From the IMG/VR virus record IMGVR_UViG_3300045988_172855: 64,000 nt of DNA; one strand, given 5' to 3'. Under the pieces are notes generated by a model. That model worked only from the letters and a program-made list of their open reading frames with translations, was not told where the DNA came from and made no database searches. Shown here in pieces: positions 1 through 9,460 of this stretch. Each line of letters begins with the position of its first letter. Position 1 is the stretch's first letter. Source of the DNA: a virus. A program made the translations under genes and the position numbers.

Positions 1-356
1 TCATCCCAATTCTTACCTTGAGGACAAGCAAGTAGACTTGTAAACATTAAGTTACTCTTTGCTCTTTCGATTTTCAACCACTCAACAAATTGATTAAAAT
101 TTCTCATCGTCTCATTGCGATTGTATAGAACATCTAAAGGAATGACCTCATTCGGTTGAATCTCTTTCGTCAGCTTAAACAACTCTTCGTTAGTCAACAC
201 TTCGCCTTCATCACCAACACCCGAATCCAATATTGTGAAACGACCGTCTGCAATTGCTTTTTTAGTATATTCTCGATACTCAGAACTCTTCTTATACAAT
301 TGTCCTAAGATATAAAAATTCTTATCGCCTAGTTCACTTAACTCTAAATGACTCAT
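1..356 (-). CDS. TGT-fold protein, candidate DpdA-like 7-deazaguanine DNA transglycosylase (N-terminal part only; gene runs off the window start)
   Basis: Hand translation of the minus strand from ATG at 354-356 gives MSHLELSELGDKNFYILGQLYKK...GRFTILDSGVGDEGE...LLACPQGKNWD, open to nt 1. ILDSG and the later PQG resemble the DSG and QGG motifs of tRNA-guanine transglycosylase/DpdA barrels. folE-queE-queD lie in the same window. It is not in the ORF track because it is truncated. Confidence 0.4.
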   Translation of the reverse strand, partial: MSHLELSELGDKNFYILGQLYKKSSEYREYTKKAIADGRFTILDSGVGDEGEVLTNEELFKLTKEIQPNEVIPLDVLYNRNETMRNFNQFVEWLKIERAKSNLMFTSLLACPQGKNWD

Positions 357-376
357 AGGAGGTGTTACAAATACTC

Positions 377-1294
377 TCATTCTTCAACGTTTTTTATTAT
401 AGTTAAATTATCATATTCTTCGTTTATAAGATATTCAATAAAATCATCGAAACCAATTGATTTCTCGCCACTCAAAACATCTTCGAATGATTTATCTTTA
501 TCTTTCGAAAACAATCTCTTTTCAAATCGAAGTCTTCTTTTAGATTTAGGTACAGAAAGATATATTACATGATAATCTTTTTGATCTAAACCTAATGTAA
601 CCCCTTTAAACACTTCAATCTGTCGACAACCTGTAACAATAATGTTCTCACAACCTTCAGAAATAGCTGATTTTATCAAATCGTTAAGCATCTCAACAAT
701 ACTTTCATTAAGACACTTATTAAAAATTCTATCTTGTGTGTTTGTCAAATGACGAACAATATCACCTACTTCAAATATAACATGTTTTTCACCTACATTT
801 TTCTTCTTGTCTGATAACTTTTGAGTAAAATAAGTTTTACCCGAACAACAACCGCCTACAACGAAAAGTATATTCACATTCTGTTTAGAATTACATTCAC
901 TTTGTTGTTCTTTTTCACCATCTTCAGGAACTTTTTTTACAACAGCATAGTTTTCACCATCTTCACTTACTTCCACCTCTTCGAAATCAAATTGCTTTAA
1001 CACTTTCTTAGCAATCTGTTCGCAAGATTGACTTCCGAAATCATATATTGCTGTACCTGCAATGATGGGTGTATTGTGTTTTATATAACTTTCAACTCTA
1101 TTCTTGAGTAATATAAACTCTTCATCACGATTATCGTGATTAACCCGTTTTTTACAATTAAATTTGAAAAGATGACGGTGCGGTTGCTCAAGAAACTTAA
1201 CACCATCACCGTGATTTGCTGAAGCATTTGGATAACAATGCATACCTTCGATTTCGAATTTAATCCCAACCAATGTTTCTAATTTTGTTCTCAT
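377..1294 (-). CDS. QueD/PTPS-like T-fold domain fused to a P-loop kinase-like domain
   Basis: N-terminal FEIEGMHCYP...PHRHLF reproduces the His...HxH zinc-triad layout of QueD/6-pyruvoyl-tetrahydropterin synthase (compare HGHSF in ORF 24556-25146). The C-terminal half has Walker A VVGGCCSGKTYF. ATG at 1292-1294. Confidence 0.45.
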   Translation of the reverse strand: MRTKLETLVGIKFEIEGMHCYPNASANHGDGVKFLEQPHRHLFKFNCKKRVNHDNRDEEFILLKNRVESYIKHNTPIIAGTAIYDFGSQSCEQIAKKVLKQFDFEEVEVSEDGENYAVVKKVPEDGEKEQQSECNSKQNVNILFVVGGCCSGKTYFTQKLSDKKKNVGEKHVIFEVGDIVRHLTNTQDRIFNKCLNESIVEMLNDLIKSAISEGCENIIVTGCRQIEVFKGVTLGLDQKDYHVIYLSVPKSKRRLRFEKRLFSKDKDKSFEDVLSGEKSIGFDDFIEYLINEEYDNLTIIKNVEE

Positions 1295-1295
1295 A

Positions 1296-1550
1296 TCAAT
1301 AAGTTATGTTAAATCTTTCTTTCGCTTTCTCAGGTCCTATACCGTAAGTCTTACATAGACATCTCTTCTTATATTGACATAAATTAACAGGACCTCTATA
1401 AATCACTTTTCCATCAAATACCAATCTCATTATCTTTTCGCCGTTGATATTTTTATTTCTACTTTTACGAAAATTTTTTCGTTCTTCATCAGTCATTGAT
1501 TTCGACCAACCATTTTTATGATAAATGAAATTTTTTAATGTTTCGTCCAT
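1296..1550 (-). CDS. hypothetical protein
   Basis: ORF in the track. The track start at 1556 is TTG. ATG at 1548-1550 sits 2 nt after the upstream stop. No recognisable motif. Confidence 0.5.
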   Translation of the reverse strand: MDETLKNFIYHKNGWSKSMTDEERKNFRKSRNKNINGEKIMRLVFDGKVIYRGPVNLCQYKKRCLCKTYGIGPEKAKERFNITY

Positions 1551-1552
1551 AA

Positions 1553-1882
1553 TCAATCTCCCGGCTCAATTATACATATCGGTATCGCTGGATATTGTAG
1601 AACTAAAGGAATACACCTCGAATCGACTTTAGTATTCTTTCTCTTTAGATCTGCCATTACTTGTGTAAATTTCTCTCTTTCTATTTTAATACACAATGGC
1701 TTAGGTCTATACTTCGAATCTTTCTGAGTCTCAATTCGTTCCATCTGCATGTGAATTTCAAGTGCTTCTTTACAAGGTAGGAATTTTTCAAGACTAGGAA
1801 TCTTATTCGCACTAATTAACATTACTTTATCACCGCGTACCGTTTCATTAATGACAGGTACAAACATCTTTTCTTTTTTCAT
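1553..1882 (-). CDS. hypothetical protein
   Basis: ORF in the track. The track start at 1891 is GTG; the first ATG is at 1880-1882. No recognisable motif. Confidence 0.5.
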   Translation of the reverse strand: MKKEKMFVPVINETVRGDKVMLISANKIPSLEKFLPCKEALEIHMQMERIETQKDSKYRPKPLCIKIEREKFTQVMADLKRKNTKVDSRCIPLVLQYPAIPICIIEPGD

Positions 1883-1988
1883 ATTTTTCACTTTAATTTA
1901 TATAATCATATTCATCGTCATCTTCGAGATCAAACTCTTCAAAGTCACTTTGCGTAGTAATTTCGTAATCACTCATATTCATTTGATT

Positions 1989-3446
1989 TTAAATTGAACA
2001 ATATATTAACTCACGTTTTGCTCTTGTAATTGCTACGAACTTGAGACAATATTCACTATACAGAGCTTCTTGTGTTCTGACCTTATCGCTAGGGATCAAA
2101 CCAGGATTTAAAAAGAATACTCTATCACTTTCAAGACCCTTTGACTTATGTATTGTACTTAATACAATACCTTCAACATCTTCTGTGTAAATCCTTTTAA
2201 TATTTTCCTCCATTATAGAAATATTGTTCCATATACTTGATAATCTATCTATAATGGAACATTTCTCAACAAGATTTTCATAAGATGGTTGTTGAATTGC
2301 TGATGCGCGACTCATACCTTTATCCATCAATTCTTGTATCTTCTGTTTTTTAAGAATTTCAAGATCTTGAAAATTAGTGATCTTATCTAAAATCGCACAC
2401 AGTGCATTGCCGAAGTCTTTATCTTTAATTGTAGCCTTTTTGCTGTTTTGCAAAAGATTTATAAATGCCTCTACAAGTGGTAAATTATTTCTACATAAAA
2501 CAAAATCACCTGAATTAGCCTCTTTTAATTCACCTAATCTTACACAACCTTGAATTGCATTCTCTGAAGCTTCGATACCATTTGAAAAAACAGTTTTAGC
2601 TTCATTTACAATTGACTTAGCGCATCTATATGTTATATCAAGAGGCAATGTCACTGTATTAGCAAGATTTTGTAAAAGTTTAAAATTTGATACACTCGCG
2701 CCCTGAAATGTGTAGATGTTTTGCCTTGGATCACCAACAGCTATAAATCTGCCTCCAATAGGTTTGATATATCTTAATAGAAGTTCTCTCTGAATTGTAT
2801 TCATATCTTGAACTTCATCTGCAACAACAAGATCGTATTTAGGAAAATCGTCTTCGTCAACGAGAATGTATGGAAGATACAACATATCTGTAAAATCCAT
2901 CTCAAAATCACGATTACTATTGATCTTACGAGTTCGCTTTATCCATTCCTGCTCAATATCTACGATATCTTGAACCATTCGATCACGAAATTCAATATCC
3001 TTATCAACGCATATATTGTTTATATCATTTTGATAATCAACGAGTAAATTCATACGAATAGCATTCCATATATCTTGTAATTCAAATAGATATCTCAATT
3101 GCTGCTTTTCAGGTACGTCTTCTAAATTCAATATCTGTCGTCCTATTTTAAAGCATTTGTTTTCACTTAATTTTAATTTGAAATTAAAATTACGAAGCAA
3201 TACTTTAAGTCCTTTAGAATGAAATGTACTTACTTCAACTCTTTCAGGCAATCTAGTTTTCAGTTCTTCAGCAATGCTCTTATTAAACGCTGAAAAGAAA
3301 CACTTCTTATAAGGTGCAGTTCTTCGACAACACTCTACAATCGTTGTCGTTTTTCCGGACCCTGCTGTAGCCTCTATTACTATATTTTGACTCGTTTTTG
3401 CATACGTATCAAAAACTGCATTTTGACGATCACTCCAATTTTTCAT
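1989..3446 (-). CDS. UvrD/PcrA/Rep-like superfamily 1 DNA helicase
   Basis: Walker A ATAGSGKTTT, Walker B/motif II VVADEVQD, TYRC, TIHKSKGLE and VAITRAK motifs occur in the canonical SF1 order. Confidence 0.8.
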   Translation of the reverse strand: MKNWSDRQNAVFDTYAKTSQNIVIEATAGSGKTTTIVECCRRTAPYKKCFFSAFNKSIAEELKTRLPERVEVSTFHSKGLKVLLRNFNFKLKLSENKCFKIGRQILNLEDVPEKQQLRYLFELQDIWNAIRMNLLVDYQNDINNICVDKDIEFRDRMVQDIVDIEQEWIKRTRKINSNRDFEMDFTDMLYLPYILVDEDDFPKYDLVVADEVQDMNTIQRELLLRYIKPIGGRFIAVGDPRQNIYTFQGASVSNFKLLQNLANTVTLPLDITYRCAKSIVNEAKTVFSNGIEASENAIQGCVRLGELKEANSGDFVLCRNNLPLVEAFINLLQNSKKATIKDKDFGNALCAILDKITNFQDLEILKKQKIQELMDKGMSRASAIQQPSYENLVEKCSIIDRLSSIWNNISIMEENIKRIYTEDVEGIVLSTIHKSKGLESDRVFFLNPGLIPSDKVRTQEALYSEYCLKFVAITRAKRELIYCSI

Positions 3447-3913
3447 TTCAAATGATTTTCGTTACCAACTAAAGAAATTATTTGTTGAGAATATTTGAAA
3501 ATACTTACATAATCCTTCTGTCTTTTCAAAGCAATCTTTTTCTTTAAAACACTCATTATATCGGCATAACGAATATCATCTTGACATAAGAATCTATTGT
3601 AATCAAATTCCTTAACAACCCAAACATCAAATATGATTTGATTAAAACAAAATCTAAAATGATTTTCTATTGTTGGATAACGACAGCTATCATCGTGACC
3701 TTGATATGTTGAATTTAGCAATTTCAATATCTTGATTATGTTAGGATCATCTGTTCTCAATTCCAAATCGATATCGTTCGGCTGACAATCAAATCCATGT
3801 TGGTAAAGTGCCAAACTTCCACCAACAATAAAGTCTTTGCTAATTTCTTTTTCAAATTTTTTTAACGCATCAATCATTATCGATACATTAACTGCAATTT
3901 CAAAATCTTTCAT
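3443..3913 (-). CDS. minimal nucleotidyltransferase-fold protein (pol-beta superfamily)
   Basis: GGSLALYQHG...NDIDLEL matches the G[GS]-x9-13-DxD signature of pol-beta-type nucleotidyltransferases. 156 aa. Confidence 0.45.
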   Translation of the reverse strand: MKDFEIAVNVSIMIDALKKFEKEISKDFIVGGSLALYQHGFDCQPNDIDLELRTDDPNIIKILKLLNSTYQGHDDSCRYPTIENHFRFCFNQIIFDVWVVKEFDYNRFLCQDDIRYADIMSVLKKKIALKRQKDYVSIFKYSQQIISLVGNENHLK

Positions 3914-4392
3914 TCTGCTTCAATTTTATCTAGTTCGTATTCAGTAAAATTCTTATAATTAGCTAATATATCAGCTACTGCATTACCATAAACAATTGGA
4001 TCGTTTATATTCTTTTTGTGACCTGGATGCCATATTAATCTTAATCTAAGTTTCTTACGATCTTTGAGTTCCTTTAATATAGCTTTCCACAGATCAACAT
4101 TCATACATCCTTTCCAATCATTATCAACCCATTCTTTAATGTTTTTAACAAGACCATCGACAACATATTGACTATCACTATAAACCGTAGCACTTATAGG
4201 AATATCTTTTCTTAGAGATTGAATTGCTGTCAATAATGCTCTCATTTCACATCTACCAATTGTAGTTTTCTTATAACCTTTTGAAATGAAAGTTTCTTCA
4301 CCGTCACAAATCATATAGACGCCAATTCCTCCCTTTTTGATTTTCCAATAACAGCTTCCGTCTGTAAAAATTGTTATCTCTTTTCTTTCCAT
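3910..4392 (-). CDS. rnhA: ribonuclease HI
   Basis: ITIFTDGSC...GGIGVY...E..A...YSDSQYV...HPGHK...NAVADILA reproduces the RNase HI DEDD catalytic layout. 160 aa. Confidence 0.8.
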   Translation of the reverse strand: MERKEITIFTDGSCYWKIKKGGIGVYMICDGEETFISKGYKKTTIGRCEMRALLTAIQSLRKDIPISATVYSDSQYVVDGLVKNIKEWVDNDWKGCMNVDLWKAILKELKDRKKLRLRLIWHPGHKKNINDPIVYGNAVADILANYKNFTEYELDKIEAE

Positions 4393-4395
4393 GCC

Positions 4396-4426
4396 TAAAG
4401 ATACTACTTTGTTATCGATAAATCAA
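4396..4426 (-). promoter_or_regulatory. promoter-like TTG-N20-TATCTTTA element abutting the RNase H start codon
   Basis: The minus strand reads TTG (4426-4424), 20 nt, then TATCTTTA (4403-4396), followed by GGC and ATG (4392). Only 3 nt separate the box from the start codon. Confidence 0.3.
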
Positions 4427-6111
4427 GACTTCGTGTTCTTATTCTTTGACTTTAACCTCTTAATTAAGGCCCAATCTGTCGATTCGTCGTTATTAGAAAC
4501 TGTATCGTGACCTTTAATTACTGCATTCGTTATCACAGTCTTTTCATCAATAACTTCCTTTAAATCTGCATCAATAGTTTCGCTCGATAATATATAATAT
4601 ATATTCATCTCCTGTTTTTGACCCATTCTATCTATACGAGCTTTAGCTTGATCAAGATCTGAAGGTCTAGGAGGCAATTCTAAAAACAACATATTACTAC
4701 AATGTTCTTGTAATCCATCTACACCTGTAGAAAGTGTTGCAATATTAGCAAAAACAAACTGTTTATCTCTTTTAAATTCTTCAACTCTCCTCATCTTCTC
4801 ATCTGTTGTTTGTTCACCGATCACCAATACACTATCTTTTGCAAATTCTTTTTGCAATTGTTTTAGAGGCTCGGTTCTTACACCAAAAACGATTAATTTT
4901 TCATCTTCTGCAATCTCTTTCCATTCTTTTAAAAATGCGGTAATGAATTTCATCTTACCTTTAATGGATAGATCTTTCAAATTCGCTAATTTAACTAAAT
5001 GTTCAGCTCGTCTCGCTCTCTCTGCAGCCTCAAGGTCTATATCTTCAAGATACTCAATGAAATTTTCTTCGGCTTTTTGATACTCTTTCTTATTCGTTAT
5101 CTCGCATTCGATTGTTTGTTCTATAACATTAGGAAGCTCTTTCAAAACATCGTTTCTTTCTTTTCGATAGTAACAGTAATGTTTCAATATATTGTGTAAC
5201 TCTAATGTGTATGTAGCTCCTGAGCAATCTAATCCAAATCTCGTTATTTTTGCATTACAATATCTATTTAAAAAATATTTCATATTCGGAAATATTTCGT
5301 CAAATCGTCCTAATATCCTTAGAATATTTATAAGCTCTTGAGGTCTGTTCTGAATAATCGTTCCGCTCAATGCAAAGACTTTATGTGCTTTTTTCACAAT
5401 TTTTTCAACAGCCTTCGACCTCATTGTTTTGGGATTTTTACATAAGTGTATCTCATCGAGAATAACACATCCCCATTTTTTAGACAAACTTCTGCTATAC
5501 CTTAATTTTAACTCTTCGCCCCTTTTTGTTTTTTTAAACAAGTAATCGTAGTTTATAATAGTAACGTCTACTTTCCAATCTAAATCATCACCATCTTTAG
5601 AGTCTATAATATGTATTGTCCTATTAGGATTACACCTTTTCCATTCTCTCTCCCAAGATGTCTTGACTGTAGACGGACATATAACTAAACACGGGAAAAG
5701 ATCAAGTAATTCAACTGTTGCAATTGATTGGCGTGATTTACCTAATCCCATAGAGCAACCGTTGATACAATTATCGTGATTTATCATATAAGTTACTCCC
5801 TCAATTTGATAATCTCTCAAATTAAGAGGTAACTTAAGAAAGTCAATTAATTGTTTCACTTCACTTTCTTCAACATAATTGTGTATAGGATTTAATTTGA
5901 TTTCTTGAGGCCGATAAATTCGTTTATTTTCAAAATTATTTTCCTCAAGAAATCCCTTTAATCTAGACGATATCTCTAAATTAAGTTGTAAATACCATTC
6001 TTTAGTTGCATTATTATATTTAGCTTTGAATCTCTTCATAGCTTCAACTAAATGCGGTCTATAATCAAAACCTATATATATCCAATCTTTTTCTCTATAG
6101 TAATATCTCAT
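4423..6111 (-). CDS. SNF2/RAD54-family helicase-like ATPase
   Basis: LRDYQIEGV, GLGKS (motif I), ILDEIH (motif II), LSGTIIQNRPQEL (motif III) and a C-terminal helicase domain with QAKARIDRMGQ. The track start 6135 is TTG and overlaps a hairpin, so ATG at 6109-6111 is preferred. Confidence 0.8.
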   Translation of the reverse strand: MRYYYREKDWIYIGFDYRPHLVEAMKRFKAKYNNATKEWYLQLNLEISSRLKGFLEENNFENKRIYRPQEIKLNPIHNYVEESEVKQLIDFLKLPLNLRDYQIEGVTYMINHDNCINGCSMGLGKSRQSIATVELLDLFPCLVICPSTVKTSWEREWKRCNPNRTIHIIDSKDGDDLDWKVDVTIINYDYLFKKTKRGEELKLRYSRSLSKKWGCVILDEIHLCKNPKTMRSKAVEKIVKKAHKVFALSGTIIQNRPQELINILRILGRFDEIFPNMKYFLNRYCNAKITRFGLDCSGATYTLELHNILKHYCYYRKERNDVLKELPNVIEQTIECEITNKKEYQKAEENFIEYLEDIDLEAAERARRAEHLVKLANLKDLSIKGKMKFITAFLKEWKEIAEDEKLIVFGVRTEPLKQLQKEFAKDSVLVIGEQTTDEKMRRVEEFKRDKQFVFANIATLSTGVDGLQEHCSNMLFLELPPRPSDLDQAKARIDRMGQKQEMNIYYILSSETIDADLKEVIDEKTVITNAVIKGHDTVSNNDESTDWALIKRLKSKNKNTKS

Positions 6112-6134
6112 CACATCAATTTTTATATAAAGCA

Positions 6135-6166
6135 AAGTGGATCTTATTTCACAACAAAATCCACTT
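6135..6166 (-). terminator. candidate intrinsic terminator after the ligase gene
   Basis: Arms aagtggat (6135-6142) and atccactt (6159-6166) form an 8-bp stem with a 16-nt loop, followed on the minus strand by a T-rich tract. Confidence 0.35.
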
Positions 6167-6204
6167 CAATACTCAATTTATAAATTTAAAGCAAAATGTT
6201 AAAG

Positions 6205-8145
6205 TCAGCAGAGGAATTTCTCTTTGAACTCCGTGGCTGTAAAGATCGGAATTCCTAGACTCTCTGCCTTCAATTCCTTTGTCGAATTGCTTCCCTTTTC
6301 TTTTACCACCACGCACGTTGTTTTCTTACTCACCGAAGATCCTATCTTATGACCCATTTCAGTAAGTTTTCTCTCCCAATCTTTATTTCTGAATCCGGTA
6401 AAAACAATTGTCATCTGACCATCAAACGATTTCTCTTCAAGACCGTAATATGTAATAGGAATTGTAAACAAATCTGATGTCCATGACATCCACCAATCCA
6501 TAATCCCCATGATGAAAGCGTAAGCTGTATTAAAACCCACTCCTTCTACACATCCTTCAATCTCAGATGCCCAATTCTCATTACACTCCTTGGCAAAAGA
6601 AGATATGTCTTCGTAAGTATATAGTTTCAATCCATTGAGAATCTTTTGACACGTTTTCTCAGCTATAACTCCTTTAAAAAAATTATAAGCTGTCATCATT
6701 TTTGCAAAATTAGTACCTTTCTTTCTCAGCTCTTCAAATTGTTTCGAAAGTACTTTTGCCGCAACATTACCAAGACCTTCAATGTTTTTGAGTTCATTTT
6801 CATTCAATCTAATAATGGATGTAGGATCTTTATATCCTGCATTAAAAATCTTCTTGATAGTTGGTTCTCGAAACTCTTTAAAGTCAAGTATAGAGAAAAA
6901 ATAAACACATCTAGATAATAATACGCCTTCACATTGCGAATTCGTACACATCAAGTCTACATTATTCGAATCCCACACTAATTCTTTACCACATATTGGA
7001 CAAACTGTAGGAGTCTTTGAATATGTATTTGTATACGAAACTGTTTTAAGATGTTTTGGAATAACGTCTCCTGAACGACATATCACTACTCTTGCTCCCG
7101 GAACAATATTGTTCTCAACGATATAACGAGCATTATATGCAGTACATTTTGATACAGTCGCGCCACACAATTCAATCGGTTCAATCTCAACAACAGGAGC
7201 TAATCTTCCGTCCTTAGAAATTTGCCAACGAACCTCTTTTACAACAGTTTCTTCTCTTTCTGACCATTCAGGATTTTTATAAGCAATAGCATATCTAGGA
7301 TTATTATTCGCAAGTCGTCCTAATTCTCTTCTTTTCTTTGCATTGTTTACATCAATCACAAGACCGTCACATTTATAACCTTTTGTCAATTTTTCAAATA
7401 AACTATTCATAAGATTGACAAAACCGTCTTCGTCTTCAAGTGATTTTACTGTAATTGTTGAGAAATTAACTCTACTTTGTTCGCAACTACACTCGTTTAA
7501 AATTTCGAGTTGCTTCTTCTTATCCCAATCCTCATTGTCACATCCATATCTTACATAATTAACGTATTTTACAAACTCACTAACATTTGGTGAGTTGAGA
7601 AGACCTGCAACAGCATTTCTTGCAGATTTATATCCTGCTTCATCTTTGATTTTCAAAAAATCTGCTGTTTTAAAAATCGCTTCACCGAATGAGAAAATCG
7701 GAAGTTCGTTGTCAAGAGATTGTGTATAAATTGCATTGTTTATACATTTTTCAAAATGTTCAGTACAATTTTGTCCAAATTCTCCATCACCACGAGTCCA
7801 AGCATTTCCAACTGTCTCTAATACACATAATGAAATCCCGTCATATTTAGGTGTAACAATCAATTCATCTGTAGATTTTAAATCAATAGATTTGATCCAT
7901 CTCAAAATCTCTTCGTGCGACTTCACCTTCTCAAGTGAGAACATAGGAATCGGAAGTTTCTCCTTTCTATCTTCAGACACTTTGTCTTGTACACCTTTCT
8001 TAAACCATTCAGAATCCGGATTTAATTCTTGTAATTGATCAACAAGTTGATCAAATTCTTGATCCGTTACTAATGGATTACCTTTTCGATACGCATCATT
8101 ATATCTACGTATCAAACATTCTAATTCTAAAACTTCTTTATCCAT
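6205..8145 (-). CDS. ligA: NAD-dependent DNA ligase
   Basis: N-terminal Ia-like YRKGNPLVTDQEFDQL, adenylation motif TPKYDGIS (KxDG), Cys4 zinc finger CPICGKEL...C..C, helix-hairpin-helix region and a C-terminal BRCT-like IVFTG...K. 646 aa. Confidence 0.85.
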   Translation of the reverse strand: MDKEVLELECLIRRYNDAYRKGNPLVTDQEFDQLVDQLQELNPDSEWFKKGVQDKVSEDRKEKLPIPMFSLEKVKSHEEILRWIKSIDLKSTDELIVTPKYDGISLCVLETVGNAWTRGDGEFGQNCTEHFEKCINNAIYTQSLDNELPIFSFGEAIFKTADFLKIKDEAGYKSARNAVAGLLNSPNVSEFVKYVNYVRYGCDNEDWDKKKQLEILNECSCEQSRVNFSTITVKSLEDEDGFVNLMNSLFEKLTKGYKCDGLVIDVNNAKKRRELGRLANNNPRYAIAYKNPEWSEREETVVKEVRWQISKDGRLAPVVEIEPIELCGATVSKCTAYNARYIVENNIVPGARVVICRSGDVIPKHLKTVSYTNTYSKTPTVCPICGKELVWDSNNVDLMCTNSQCEGVLLSRCVYFFSILDFKEFREPTIKKIFNAGYKDPTSIIRLNENELKNIEGLGNVAAKVLSKQFEELRKKGTNFAKMMTAYNFFKGVIAEKTCQKILNGLKLYTYEDISSFAKECNENWASEIEGCVEGVGFNTAYAFIMGIMDWWMSWTSDLFTIPITYYGLEEKSFDGQMTIVFTGFRNKDWERKLTEMGHKIGSSVSKKTTCVVVKEKGSNSTKELKAESLGIPIFTATEFKEKFLC

Positions 8146-8265
8146 ATCATTTCATTATTTGAGACAATTCTGCTTTTGAATTTTCTTTGATGGGATTTGT
8201 GATATTCTTTACGATAAAATCACGATCTGAATTTGTTAATTTTTGACTTGCCATAATTATATGTA

Positions 8266-8586
8266 TTAATAAACATTTTCTTTATTCGAAATCATCCATA
8301 TATAATTCTCATGTCCAAATTTGAAATCCTTTTTTGGTCTACTTTGAACACGATCTTCAAGAGTTATAGGATTTAATTCTGCCATCTGAAATGGTAAATG
8401 AATTGAAAAATCTGTAATATCTTGAGCTCCTCGAACTTCGTTAAAGAAAACATCTCTCACTTTAGGTGAGAAGCTCTCGACAATATAAGCTCTCAAGTCT
8501 CCAAAAAAATCTATAACGATTACTTGCTTCTGTGTCGCAGCAACAAGTGTCCATAGATTGTCTAATGCTTTTTGACTTATTTCCAT
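8266..8586 (-). CDS. hypothetical protein
   Basis: ORF with an ATG start, co-oriented. No motif recognised. Confidence 0.5.
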   Translation of the reverse strand: MEISQKALDNLWTLVAATQKQVIVIDFFGDLRAYIVESFSPKVRDVFFNEVRGAQDITDFSIHLPFQMAELNPITLEDRVQSRPKKDFKFGHENYIWMISNKENVY

Positions 8587-8603
8587 CTCTTTTATTTTTG
8601 TTG

Positions 8604-8635
8604 TAAAGATACTATTTTATTATGTCAATTGCAAC
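8604..8635 (-). promoter_or_regulatory. promoter-like GTTG-N20-TATCTTTA element
   Basis: The minus strand reads GTTGCAATTGACATAATAAAATAG-TATCTTTA, 17 nt upstream of ATG 8586. It resembles the Bacteroidota -33 TTTG / -7 TAnnTTTG architecture. Confidence 0.4.
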
Positions 8636-8968
8636 TTAATCGAGACCAAAAAATTGTTTAGTTACTTGTTCTCGCTTATGTTTGATGACCTCTGAAATAT
8701 TTTCCTTTTTTAAATTATCTCGATAACGCTTTTTAAGCATACTTGCTTTATCTTCATTACTCTTTGAATTAAACGAAGTAAAACTAACATTTATACCATT
8801 TCCTTTTCGCAATTCTTCTCTATAAGACATCTCTTTTCCACATATAGGACATCTTGGTATATTAGAGAGAACTGTTTCACCATTCTCATACTTAAATTCT
8901 GCTTTAACTAGAATATCTTCTTTAGCATGATTTGAACATGCTTCGTTATTACACCATACGTATATCAT
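8636..8968 (-). CDS. zinc-ribbon protein, function unknown
   Basis: CNNEACSNH ... CPICGKEM Cys pairs. 110 aa. Confidence 0.5.
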   Translation of the reverse strand: MIYVWCNNEACSNHAKEDILVKAEFKYENGETVLSNIPRCPICGKEMSYREELRKGNGINVSFTSFNSKSNEDKASMLKKRYRDNLKKENISEVIKHKREQVTKQFFGLD

Positions 8969-8971
8969 ATC

Positions 8972-9460
8972 TTATAAATTTTTTCTACGACCATATTCTG
9001 CAATTAACAACGAATCTGCAAAATTATCGTCTTCATTTTTACATCTTTCTGTTCTTCTTAAATCTACAGTTGGAAATAACTTGTGACAAGCCATAAAACT
9101 CATTACCTTTTTATCGTCATTCTTAGCAATACCTTGGTGCATCACCTTTTGCCATGTTTTAGGTGCAACCTTTGTATATGGTAATCCTAATGTTGATAAA
9201 GTACCTTCTATCACTCCTACGATCCAACCGAAATTAAAATTTGATTTCGCAGATGAACCAAAAATCGAATGTACGTCCTCGAGTACAACATGACACCTTC
9301 CTTCGTAAATGCTCAAGTCGAATAAGTTTTGACTTATTTCAACAACGTCAACGACTTTTGAATTTTTCAATAAAGGGAAAGATTTAATCACTTTCCCATC
9401 TACGTTTACAATCGATACAAATCCTTTTTGACCAGGATCGATCCCTATATACACTTTCAT
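8972..9460 (-). CDS. RuvC-like Holliday junction resolvase
   Basis: N-terminal VYIGIDPGQKG (RuvC catalytic Asp motif), an internal E, and a C-terminal DDNFADSLLIAEYG acidic motif. 162 aa. Confidence 0.7.
   Translation of the reverse strand: MKVYIGIDPGQKGFVSIVNVDGKVIKSFPLLKNSKVVDVVEISQNLFDLSIYEGRCHVVLEDVHSIFGSSAKSNFNFGWIVGVIEGTLSTLGLPYTKVAPKTWQKVMHQGIAKNDDKKVMSFMACHKLFPTVDLRRTERCKNEDDNFADSLLIAEYGRRKNL

Noticed and set aside
1893-1982. Very short ORFs in intergenic gaps (29-aa acidic peptide at 1893-1982; 35-aa ORF at 8147-8254).
   Set aside because: They are too short and lack supporting signals (no SD, no coupling, no motif), so a coding claim is not justified from sequence alone.
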